DNA of 61,215 nucleotides, taken from a virus (taxonomy: Duplodnaviria > Caudoviricetes). Position 1 is the first letter of the stretch, and each line of letters begins with the position of its first letter. The translations under genes and the position numbers were made by a program. Where the stretch lies: the IMG/VR virus record IMGVR_UViG_3300028571_000029, positions 1 through 61,215 of that record; one strand, 5' to 3'. Under the pieces are notes generated by a model. That model saw only the letters and a list, made by a program, of their open reading frames with translations. It was not told where the DNA came from and did not search any database. Positions 1 through 7,246 of the stretch are shown one piece after another.

Positions 1-1
1 T

Positions 2-301
2 CCAACCCCAACACCAACACCAACACCTACAGAAACACCAACTCCAACACCAACCCCATCTTCATACACAATTGGATTAGTATATGATCCATCCAGTTCA
101 TCAACTGCTTGTTCAAATTGGAGTGATCCAGGATTAAGAGCTAATTATACAACTAACTGTTTTATATTTATTGATGGGTGTAACTTATATGAATATGGAA
201 CAAGTACAGTAGCAACGAACGGATATTATTCTGATGGATCTAATTCATGGTATGTAAGTAGTGGAGTAGCAGGATCACAAACATCATGTGGTGGAGGATA
301 A
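2..301 (+). CDS. 5'-partial Pro/Thr-repeat protein, probable virion/fibre-associated
   Basis: Open frame PTPTPTPTETPTPTPTPSSYTIGL...GYYSDGSNSWYV...CGGG ending TAA at 299-301; similar in style to the next ORF. Confidence 0.7.
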   Translation, partial: PTPTPTPTPTETPTPTPTPSSYTIGLVYDPSSSSTACSNWSDPGLRANYTTNCFIFIDGCNLYEYGTSTVATNGYYSDGSNSWYVSSGVAGSQTSCGGG

Positions 302-314
302 ATAAAAAATAATT

Positions 315-851
315 ATGGCTAAAACATTTTTAATAACATTAGATCCAACAACTAGTCCTGGTCCTTTTAATATTTACTATAATACTACAAGTAGTGATAG
401 TCTTATTGCTGCCTCACCTAGTAATTCCAACAAATCATCTTTATTATCAGGGGTATATGTAATTGTTTCTGATGATGTTAAAAGTATTTTTTTAGAAAAT
501 ATAGCTACAGGTTGTGGAAATTTAAAAGAAATAAATGTAGAACCACCAACTCCAACACCAACACCAACTCCAACTCCAACACCAACACCAACAGCAACGC
601 CAACAGCAACTGCAACTAATTGCACTGAATATAGTGTAGTTCCTGATGCTGGAGAATTAGCAGCTTCAGATGATGGATTTATATATTTTTCATTTGATAA
701 TTGTTCTGGTACACCTACAACAACATCACTTAATAGTCCTGCTACTTTTTGTGTTCAAAATTTAAGTACATTATTTTTATTTTATTATGTTAGTGGAAAT
801 CCAACACAATGTGTAAATAGTACTTATTCAAATACAACAGTACCTTGTTAA
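315..851 (+). CDS. Pro/Thr-linker protein with Cys-containing domains, probable virion protein
   Basis: ORF with (PT)n linker between two small domains. Confidence 0.7.
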   Translation: MAKTFLITLDPTTSPGPFNIYYNTTSSDSLIAASPSNSNKSSLLSGVYVIVSDDVKSIFLENIATGCGNLKEINVEPPTPTPTPTPTPTPTPTATPTATATNCTEYSVVPDAGELAASDDGFIYFSFDNCSGTPTTTSLNSPATFCVQNLSTLFLFYYVSGNPTQCVNSTYSNTTVPC

Positions 852-875
852 TAATATTAATATAAAATAAAAAAT

Positions 876-1103
876 ATGGTAAAATATTTAAAAAATCCAA
901 ATTCAGTAGTTAAAGTAGATACTGAGGCTAAAAGTTTAATTTTTTATATTCTTCAAGAAAATATAATTATGATAAGAAAAGATGATAGTGAGTATGGATA
1001 TAATCATGTAACAGTAATAAGTTATAATAACGGTAGATATTTAGACGCTACTGAAGAAGAATTTTTAGCATTTAAAGATTTATGTCTAAATAAATTTAAT
1101 TAA
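876..1103 (+). CDS. hypothetical protein
   Basis: ORF track; A-rich leader. Confidence 0.6.
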   Translation: MVKYLKNPNSVVKVDTEAKSLIFYILQENIIMIRKDDSEYGYNHVTVISYNNGRYLDATEEEFLAFKDLCLNKFN

Positions 1104-1142
1104 AGTTGGATGTTTAGTATAAAGTAACTATATTTATATAAA

Positions 1143-1280
1143 ATGGAAATGCAATTAATACATACCCAAAATTGGCTTAACGGAAATCAAAGACCGTGCG
1201 GCTCGTTTAATGTCTATAGCTTAAGTAAGCAAGATACAGCGATTAGAGCAATAGGGCTAAATGATACAGTATTGATATAA
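1143..1280 (+). CDS. 45-aa small ORF, possible leader peptide
   Basis: MEMQLIHTQNWLNGNQRPCGSFNVYSLSKQDTAIRAIGLNDTVLI*; promoter motif upstream, terminator downstream. Confidence 0.45.
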   Translation: MEMQLIHTQNWLNGNQRPCGSFNVYSLSKQDTAIRAIGLNDTVLI

Positions 1281-1304
1281 TTAGATAATTAAAAGATACA
1301 ATCG

Positions 1305-1335
1305 AAAGCCCTAACCAAAAATTAGGGCTTTTTTT
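1305..1335 (+). terminator. intrinsic terminator
   Basis: AAAGCCCTAA/TTAGGGCTTT stem followed by T-run. Confidence 0.8.
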
Positions 1336-1345
1336 ATTACAAAAA

Positions 1346-1377
1346 GTTGCATATACAAAAAAAAGATACTATATTTA
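1346..1377 (+). promoter_or_regulatory. Bacteroidota-type promoter of the tRNA cluster
   Basis: GTTG-N20-TATATTTA, resembling the Bacteroidota -33 TTG / -7 TAnnTTTG consensus; motif recurs across the window. Confidence 0.65.
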
Positions 1378-1387
1378 GTTTAAATAA

Positions 1388-1458
1388 GGAAGAGTTGATC
1401 AAGGTGGTCGGTAGGTCTGCAAAACCTATATTAGTGGGTTCGATACCCATCTCTTCCT
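1388..1458 (+). tRNA. tRNA-Cys(GCA)
   Basis: GGAAGAG/CTCTTCC acceptor, TAGGT-CTGCAAA-ACCTA anticodon arm, GTTCGA T-loop, U discriminator. Confidence 0.9.
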
Positions 1459-1505
1459 CCGGTGAGTTTAAGTATTGTTCTCCGTGAGAAAAAAACGATA
1501 CAAAT

Positions 1506-1578
1506 GGTGCTTAAGCTAACTAGGTAGAAGCGAAAGACTGAAAATCTTTAGGATGAGGTTCGATACCTCAAAGTACCA
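1506..1578 (+). tRNA. tRNA-Phe(GAA)
   Basis: GGTGCTT/AAGTACC acceptor, AAAGA-CTGAAAA-TCTTT anticodon arm. Confidence 0.9.
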
Positions 1579-1663
1579 CAAACATATTAAATTATTATAT
1601 TAAAAATGAAAACAAAAAAGTATAAACAGTAATACCCTCTAAGTAAATGAGGGTTTTAAAAAC

Positions 1664-1736
1664 GCCTTCGTAGCTTAATTGGTAGAGCAATATGCTTTTA
1701 ACATATGTGGTGACAGTTCGATTCTATCCGGGGGTA
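1664..1736 (+). tRNA. tRNA-Lys(TTT)
   Basis: GCCTTCG/CGGGGGT acceptor, ATATG-CTTTTAA-CATAT anticodon arm; one T-stem mismatch. Confidence 0.85.
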
Positions 1737-1744
1737 CAAAAAAT

Positions 1745-1813
1745 ACGGTATAGGCCATGGTGGCCAAATGGTCTCCAAAACCATAGGAGAGGGTTCGATT
1801 CCTTCATTCCGTG
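1745..1813 (+). tRNA. tRNA-Trp(CCA)
   Basis: ATGGT-CTCCAAA-ACCAT anticodon arm, GAGGG-TTCGATT-CCTTC T arm, short D arm. Confidence 0.85.
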
Positions 1814-1838
1814 CAAAAGAAATTGTTCTTTGATTTAT

Positions 1839-2332
1839 GGGGGTGACATGGAATTGACTAGTCGATTAAAGTGTAACACAACAAGCAGTGCGATGAATGG
1901 TATAGCACTATAAAATGTACGTTCGAACAATAAATGACAATAAGTCAACTTTCTCTTTCGAAGATGCAATGTCTTTCGTAGGAGCGGATTTCGCAGTAGC
2001 TGCTTAATTCATTCAGGTTGTAATGAACCTAGGAACATAATCATTACAAACAGAGCCACGTTCAGAATACTGCTCTAATAAAAGTGAATTCGACACAGTT
2101 GCTGGTAACGATGTTAAAATAGGAACCAGATAGTGGAATAGATCGTTTGAAAAATCGGTCGGCCCTTTACTGATCAATATAAGTTAGTAGAATAACGCTG
2201 CTGCTAGTATTCTTTAAATTACGTGGGAAGATGCAGCTCTCCCAATGTAGCTAACCATTATAGATCTAAGCTTGTAATAAATTGTGAGATAACTGCCGAA
2301 ATAGGACCTGGGTTCGAAACCCAGCACCTCCA
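1839..2332 (+). ncRNA. ssrA: tmRNA
   Basis: GGGGGTG/CACCTCC-A acceptor with G3.U Ala identity pair, terminal T-arm CTGGG-TTCGAAA-CCCAG, tag ORF 1936-2007 DNKSTFSFEDAMSFVGADFAVAA*. Confidence 0.93.
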
Positions 2333-2336
2333 CTAT

Positions 2337-2408
2337 AGTTCCTTAGGTTAAAGGATAGACCACTCGGCTACGAACCGGGAAATACAAGTTCGAGTCTTGT
2401 AGGAACTA
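2337..2408 (+). tRNA. tRNA-Arg(ACG)
   Basis: AGTTCCT/AGGAACT acceptor, CTCGG-CTACGAA-CCGGG anticodon arm. Confidence 0.9.
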
Positions 2409-2410
2409 CA

Positions 2411-2449
2411 GAATGCCGTGGGTTGAGGGTTCGAATCCCTCCCCGGGTA
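2411..2449 (+). pseudogene. 3' half of a tRNA, no 5' half
   Basis: GAGGG-TTCGAAT-CCCTC T arm plus CCCGGGT-A acceptor strand directly after tRNA-Arg. Confidence 0.6.
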
Positions 2450-2460
2450 CTGTAATAAAT

Positions 2461-2604
2461 TGTAGTGTGATGAAACTGGCAGACATGCCCTCCTGTCTCG
2501 AGGGTGAGGAGCAACTGATAAACGTAGGATAGATGGGTTGACCACAAGCTAGCAATGTCCTACAGCTAAAGTCCTCGTGAGTGGTTCGAATCCCTCCGCT
2601 ACAG
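2461..2604 (+). ncRNA. tRNA-like RNA (GTC anticodon) with a very long structured variable region
   Basis: TGTAGTG/CGCTACA acceptor, class-II-like D arm, CCCTC-CTGTCTC-GAGGG arm, about 75 nt variable arm, bulged T stem. Confidence 0.75.
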
Positions 2605-2643
2605 CAAAATTGCTGTTCTTTGACATATAGGAGAAAAATAAAA

Positions 2644-2964
2644 ATGGATATAATATCATTTGGTTTAGGGATTAGTAGTGTAGTGGTTATTATTTTAATA
2701 CTAGTTACCGTACGTACAATCGTTAAGTTAGAAAAATTAAAAGAAAAAGTAAGTTCATTAGAAACAGAGTATGTATTCAGAGTTGGGGATATCCAACGAA
2801 TGATTGACCAAAATTCTGAATTACATAATCGAATAATTGATGAAGAAATTCACAGAACTGATAAAATAGCCGATGATATATATCGAACTATTGATTCAAG
2901 ATTAGATAAGTTAGAAGCAAAGCTAACTGATTTATATAAAGGTAAAAAATTAATTAACGGATAA
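2644..2964 (+). CDS. membrane-anchored coiled-coil hypothetical protein
   Basis: ATG 2644 preferred because the GTG start overlaps the RNA gene; N-terminal TM then coiled coil. Confidence 0.7.
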   Translation: MDIISFGLGISSVVVIILILVTVRTIVKLEKLKEKVSSLETEYVFRVGDIQRMIDQNSELHNRIIDEEIHRTDKIADDIYRTIDSRLDKLEAKLTDLYKGKKLING

Positions 2965-2999
2965 ATTTAAAAAATAGTTAAAGAACAGCAATTTTAAAT

Positions 3000-3088
3000 A
3001 GTCAGGTGGCGAAATGGGTAGACGCACCGAGTGAGCGGCGGAGGTAATAGTTAATAACTCCTAACAGGTTCGAATCCTGTCCTGAATA
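3000..3088 (+). ncRNA. tRNA-like RNA with shrunken, non-canonical anticodon arm
   Basis: AGTCAGG...TGGCGAAATGGGTAGACGC D arm, ACAGG-TTCGAAT-CCTGT T arm. Confidence 0.7.
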
Positions 3089-3169
3089 CCTTGGGCTCAG
3101 TCAAGCCTCTTATCGCAAGATAACGTAACTGAAGTGGATAATCTAGAAATAGATGACGCTCCACTATTT

Positions 3170-3298
3170 AGTCAGGTGGCGGAATGGTAGACGCTAAAGG
3201 TAATACAGAGTTGAGGTGATGCACGCCAACCGAGTACGTATTACAATAGAGGGATGTAGTGTATCTCCTTCATACAGGTTCGAATCCTGTCCTGACTA
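3170..3298 (+). ncRNA. tRNA-like RNA with expanded anticodon domain (paralog of 3000-3088)
   Basis: AGTCAGG/CCTGACT acceptor, near-identical D arm and identical T arm; GTAATAC/GTATTAC long arm in place of the anticodon arm. Confidence 0.72.
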
Positions 3299-3322
3299 CA
3301 ACAATTTAAAAACAAGAATGTT

Positions 3323-3829
3323 ATGGAATTTAAAATTCTATCTTCTGGACAAAAAATAGGAAATATAGTAGACTATATTAAAGCCTATCTTAAAGAATTT
3401 GAAAATACTCACTATATAGAAGTGATTGTAGGATCGGATTCACAAAATAGAAAACGTAAAACTCAATACGCTACGGTTATACTACTTCACAAAACTGATT
3501 ATGAATCAAGTATTGGAAAAGGTGGACACGTTCTATACAAAATTGAATCATCAGATAGACCATTCACCACAACAGAATCTGAACGTAGAGACCACAGATC
3601 AAAACGTTTATTAAATGAAGCCTGGAAGTCAATCGAGGTAGCTGAAATGATACGTTCCAATGGAATTAACGTTGATGTTATTGATTTAGATATGAATCCT
3701 GATCCAAAATATAGATCAAATGACGTATTAGCTCAAGCAACAGGCTGGGCAGAAGGAATGGGTTATAGAGTAAGATGTAAACCTGATGCTATGTCAGCAT
3801 CATATGCAGCAGATACATTAGTAAAATAA
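3323..3829 (+). CDS. RNase H-like YkuK (DUF458) family protein
   Basis: VIVGSDSQ, RLLNEAWKS, IDLDMN and KPDAMSASYAAD motifs. Confidence 0.8.
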   Translation: MEFKILSSGQKIGNIVDYIKAYLKEFENTHYIEVIVGSDSQNRKRKTQYATVILLHKTDYESSIGKGGHVLYKIESSDRPFTTTESERRDHRSKRLLNEAWKSIEVAEMIRSNGINVDVIDLDMNPDPKYRSNDVLAQATGWAEGMGYRVRCKPDAMSASYAADTLVK

Positions 3830-3830
3830 A

Positions 3831-4241
3831 ATGGAAAAATTATATTTATCATGGGAGGATATTGAAAACGATATCAACATACTCTGTAATAGAATAAAAG
3901 AAAGAAAATTTCAGTTTATAACTGGTTTACCTAGAGGTGGATTAATTCCTGCAGTACTAATATCACATAAATTAGATATAACATATAAATCCCTTAATCT
4001 CTCTAAGGCAATTACAGAAGGTAAGTACTTATTAATAGATGATATTGCCGATAGCGGAGAGACGTTAATAGATAAGAGATACGAAGGATATATTAAAGCA
4101 ACATTACATTATAAAAAACATTCTCTTATTAAGCCGGATTATTATGCAAGAGAAATACCTAATGATATGTGGTTAGTATATCCTTGGGAGAATGAAAAAT
4201 CAAAAACTATACAAGATTATAAAACAAAATCAAATGATTAA
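3831..4241 (+). CDS. purine phosphoribosyltransferase (Gpt-like)
   Basis: PRGGLIPA, LLIDDIADSGET PRPP loop, WLVYPWE. Confidence 0.9.
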   Translation: MEKLYLSWEDIENDINILCNRIKERKFQFITGLPRGGLIPAVLISHKLDITYKSLNLSKAITEGKYLLIDDIADSGETLIDKRYEGYIKATLHYKKHSLIKPDYYAREIPNDMWLVYPWENEKSKTIQDYKTKSND

Positions 4242-4422
4242 AATTGTCGTATCAAAATTTAAATCTTTAGATCATGCATTAAAGATTTATAAACAAAAAA
4301 GAAATGCTAGTCAATTAGATAAGCAATTAAGAGCAAATCAAGAATATCTTAAACCCTCTGTAAAAAGACGTAAAGAAATTAAAAAAGCAGAATATATTCA
4401 AAAAACTTATAAAAATAGTTGA
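4234..4422 (+). CDS. rpsU: phage-encoded 30S ribosomal protein bS21
   Basis: MIKIVV...LDHALKIYKQK...EYLKPSVKRRKEIKKAEYIQ; start at 4234. Confidence 0.85.
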   Translation: MIKIVVSKFKSLDHALKIYKQKRNASQLDKQLRANQEYLKPSVKRRKEIKKAEYIQKTYKNS

Positions 4423-4475
4423 TAATATGTAATAATATTATTATATTAAATAAAACAAAAACAAAATAACAATTT

Positions 4476-4673
4476 ATGAAAAAAGTATCATTTTTATTAC
4501 TAGCTATTGCAGCTATCACAATGTCTTGTACAACAAGTCAATCAACAAACACTACTCAAGATTCAACATCCGTTGACAGCACTGCAGTAGATTCAATCTC
4601 TAAATCTACAGATTCACTACATGCAGAATCAGCTAAAATTGAACTACCAATACATCCAGTATACGTTCAATAA
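4476..4673 (+). CDS. small lipoprotein with D-S-x repeats
   Basis: MKK plus hydrophobic stretch, MSC lipobox, DST/DST/DSI/DSL. Confidence 0.75.
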   Translation: MKKVSFLLLAIAAITMSCTTSQSTNTTQDSTSVDSTAVDSISKSTDSLHAESAKIELPIHPVYVQ

Positions 4674-4697
4674 TTTTTTTTAATTAATTTATTAATC

Positions 4698-4725
4698 AAA
4701 GTGAAGAGAAATCTTCACTTTTTTT
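4698..4725 (+). terminator. intrinsic terminator
   Basis: AAAGTGAAGA-GAAA-TCTTCACTTT plus T-run. Confidence 0.8.
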
Positions 4726-4767
4726 ATTTTAGTTGGAATATTAAAATATTATTCTTAAATTAAGGAT

Positions 4768-5658
4768 ATGATAAAACATAAATTATGGACAGAAAAATAC
4801 CGTCCCGATGTATTAGATAATTATTTAGGTAATGAGTCATTTCTATTATCTTTAAAAGAATGGATTGATACCAATGAGTTTCCTAATCTATTACTACACG
4901 GAGGACCAGGTACAGGAAAAACCACAGCAGCTAAGTTAATAGTTAAAAATATTAAATGTGATTACATTTACATTAACTGTTCTGATGAAAACGGGATTGA
5001 TACTATTAGAGATAAAGTAAAGGGTTTTGCTTCAGCAGCATCATTTCAACCAGTAAAAGTTATTATAATGGATGAAAGTGATTACCTGACAATAAATAGC
5101 CAAGCTGCACTTCGTAATATAATTGAAACGTTTTCTATTACTACTAGATTTATATTTACATGTAATTATGTAGAGAGAATTATTGAACCGTTACAATCAA
5201 GATTAGCTTCATATGAATTACACCCGCCTACATTAAAGGAAGTAGGAATGCATATGCTAAATATTCTTAATACTGAGGGTATTAAATATGAAAAAACTGA
5301 TTTAGTTAATATTATCAAGAAGTTTTATCCTGATATTAGAAAGATATTAAATATATCTCAGTCATGTGTTCGAAATGGTGAGTTAGTATTAGATAATAAA
5401 TTAATAAATCAAAGCAATATAGGAAATATTATATTAGATGAATTAAAGAACAGCTCTAAAGATTCATTTAATAAAATAAGACAGATATTAGCTGATAACA
5501 ACGTAAGAGACTTCACAGAATATTATAAAACATTATTTGATAATCTATCATCAGCTGTAGATATTATTAATATAGGTGAAAGTCAGTATCAATCTGTAAG
5601 TCATCCAGATAAAGAAATATGTTTTATGACATGCATTGCTAAACTATTAAATAAATAA
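4768..5658 (+). CDS. sliding clamp loader AAA+ subunit (RFC small / T4 gp44-like)
   Basis: WTEKYRP, GGPGTGKTT, MDESD, QAALRNIIE, PLQSR. Confidence 0.93.
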   Translation: MIKHKLWTEKYRPDVLDNYLGNESFLLSLKEWIDTNEFPNLLLHGGPGTGKTTAAKLIVKNIKCDYIYINCSDENGIDTIRDKVKGFASAASFQPVKVIIMDESDYLTINSQAALRNIIETFSITTRFIFTCNYVERIIEPLQSRLASYELHPPTLKEVGMHMLNILNTEGIKYEKTDLVNIIKKFYPDIRKILNISQSCVRNGELVLDNKLINQSNIGNIILDELKNSSKDSFNKIRQILADNNVRDFTEYYKTLFDNLSSAVDIINIGESQYQSVSHPDKEICFMTCIAKLLNK

Positions 5659-5659
5659 T

Positions 5660-5872
5660 ATGAATCAACCAAAACTAAACATCACATTAGATAAAACAAC
5701 TCCAGTTATATGTGAAGAATGTCAGAATGAAGTATTTCATGAAGGAGTAATGCTAAGAAAAGCATCTAAATTCTTAACAGGAACTGCACAAGATGCATTA
5801 ATACCTATCCCGGTATTTTCTTGTGATAAATGCGGTAATGTTAATAAAGAATTTTTACCATCATTATCATAA
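5660..5872 (+). CDS. zinc-ribbon protein
   Basis: CEEC...CDKC. Confidence 0.7.
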   Translation: MNQPKLNITLDKTTPVICEECQNEVFHEGVMLRKASKFLTGTAQDALIPIPVFSCDKCGNVNKEFLPSLS

Positions 5873-6288
5873 TGACTGTAAATATATTTACTATATTAAA
5901 TTATATAACATGGGATAAAAAACCGTGGGATAAATTAACTAACGAAGAGAAAAGCTGTATTCAGCCCTTTATGATTAATCGTTACATATCCATGAATAAA
6001 AATTATATTGAAGTAGTAAACGCTGCTCAGAAATATAATTTAAGTCCCAAATCTTTATATGAATTCTATTTAGAAATAATACCTAAAAGAAAAACATTTT
6101 TAAAATATACTAAAGGTATTAAAAAATCAGATAGTAATGTAATAGAATTACTAAGCAATCACTTAGAGTGCTCTCAGAGAGAAGTTAAAGATTTTATAGA
6201 ATTAATTGATAAAAAAGATATAGAAGAATTATCTAATCAAATATATGGTAATGTTAGTAAAAAGAAACAAAAAAAATTAAAATTATGA
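5872..6288 (+). CDS. clamp loader small subunit (T4 gp62-like)
   Basis: PFMINRYISM motif; adjacent to the gp44-like gene. Confidence 0.7.
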   Translation: MTVNIFTILNYITWDKKPWDKLTNEEKSCIQPFMINRYISMNKNYIEVVNAAQKYNLSPKSLYEFYLEIIPKRKTFLKYTKGIKKSDSNVIELLSNHLECSQREVKDFIELIDKKDIEELSNQIYGNVSKKKQKKLKL

Positions 6289-6917
6289 AAATAAAATATG
6301 AAGATTCAGTACTTGAAAAGATTGTGGATTTTTACTGGTACGATTGTAAATTGTGGAAAGTGAAAGATGCTATAAAGATAGGCATACCTAACTTCTTTAA
6401 AAACATTTGGCGCTTTCGTAGAGAATTATATAGTCACCAATGGTGGGACTATCATTTTACTTTAGAAATGCTTCATCGCTCATTAGTTATTATGGCTGAT
6501 AAATTAGAAGTGGATGGCATTGAGGTAGATTCATCTCGATTAAAGAAAGTAGCTAAAATTCGTAGAGCAATTCAAATACTTAAATCCCAAATAGATGGAG
6601 ATTATATTGGTAGAGTAGAAGAAGAATTAGGAAAATTACATAATAGACCGCTAGTATGGGAAAAAATAGAAAATAGTGAGATGCACAGACTAGTGGATGA
6701 TTATACTCCTGAAGAAAAGAAACATTTTAATAAAGTGTGTGAGAAAGCAAGAATTATAGAAGAAATTGAATGGAAGGAACTTTGGCAAATATTTGAAGGT
6801 CAAGATAATAAAGAATATTCTAAATTGTTAAAATCAAAAACTAAAGAAGAACAAAAAGAGAAAGACATATGGACTGAATGGTTTGATGGATCAGGAATGA
6901 GAAGTTGGTGGGACTAA
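6285..6917 (+). CDS. hypothetical phage protein
   Basis: 210 aa ORF, WWD ends. Confidence 0.7.
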   Translation: MKIKYEDSVLEKIVDFYWYDCKLWKVKDAIKIGIPNFFKNIWRFRRELYSHQWWDYHFTLEMLHRSLVIMADKLEVDGIEVDSSRLKKVAKIRRAIQILKSQIDGDYIGRVEEELGKLHNRPLVWEKIENSEMHRLVDDYTPEEKKHFNKVCEKARIIEEIEWKELWQIFEGQDNKEYSKLLKSKTKEEQKEKDIWTEWFDGSGMRSWWD

Positions 6918-6935
6918 CAATTAAAAATTAAAAAC

Positions 6936-7196
6936 ATGCTAATATCAATAATAGTAATATCAATAATATTACTAATAGTAATAACATACTTAATATCAGT
7001 TATAATTAACATTAATAAAATAGTCACACAAATAATACAGCATAATAATTATATAATTAAATATAATCAATTTCAAACAGATCAATATAATATTAATAAA
7101 GAAATAATATCTAAAATTAAGGAATTAGAAAATAATGATAATATTATTAGTTATATAGATTATTTAAAATTTATCGGAAAAACAGGTCAAGCATAA
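6936..7196 (+). CDS. hypothetical membrane protein
   Basis: N-terminal hydrophobic helix. Confidence 0.55.
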   Translation: MLISIIVISIILLIVITYLISVIININKIVTQIIQHNNYIIKYNQFQTDQYNINKEIISKIKELENNDNIISYIDYLKFIGKTGQA

Positions 7197-7246
7197 TATT
7201 ATAAATAAACCTTTGGAATTATAAATCTTTTTTCATATATTTAGGT

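Noticed and set aside
1461-1500. Theta/HDV ribozyme after tRNA-Cys
   Set aside because: Only a simple hairpin (GTATTGTT/AACGATAC); no nested double pseudoknot
1692-2545. ORFs 1692-1913 (+) and 2348-2545 (-)
   Set aside because: They overlap tRNA and tmRNA genes; spurious
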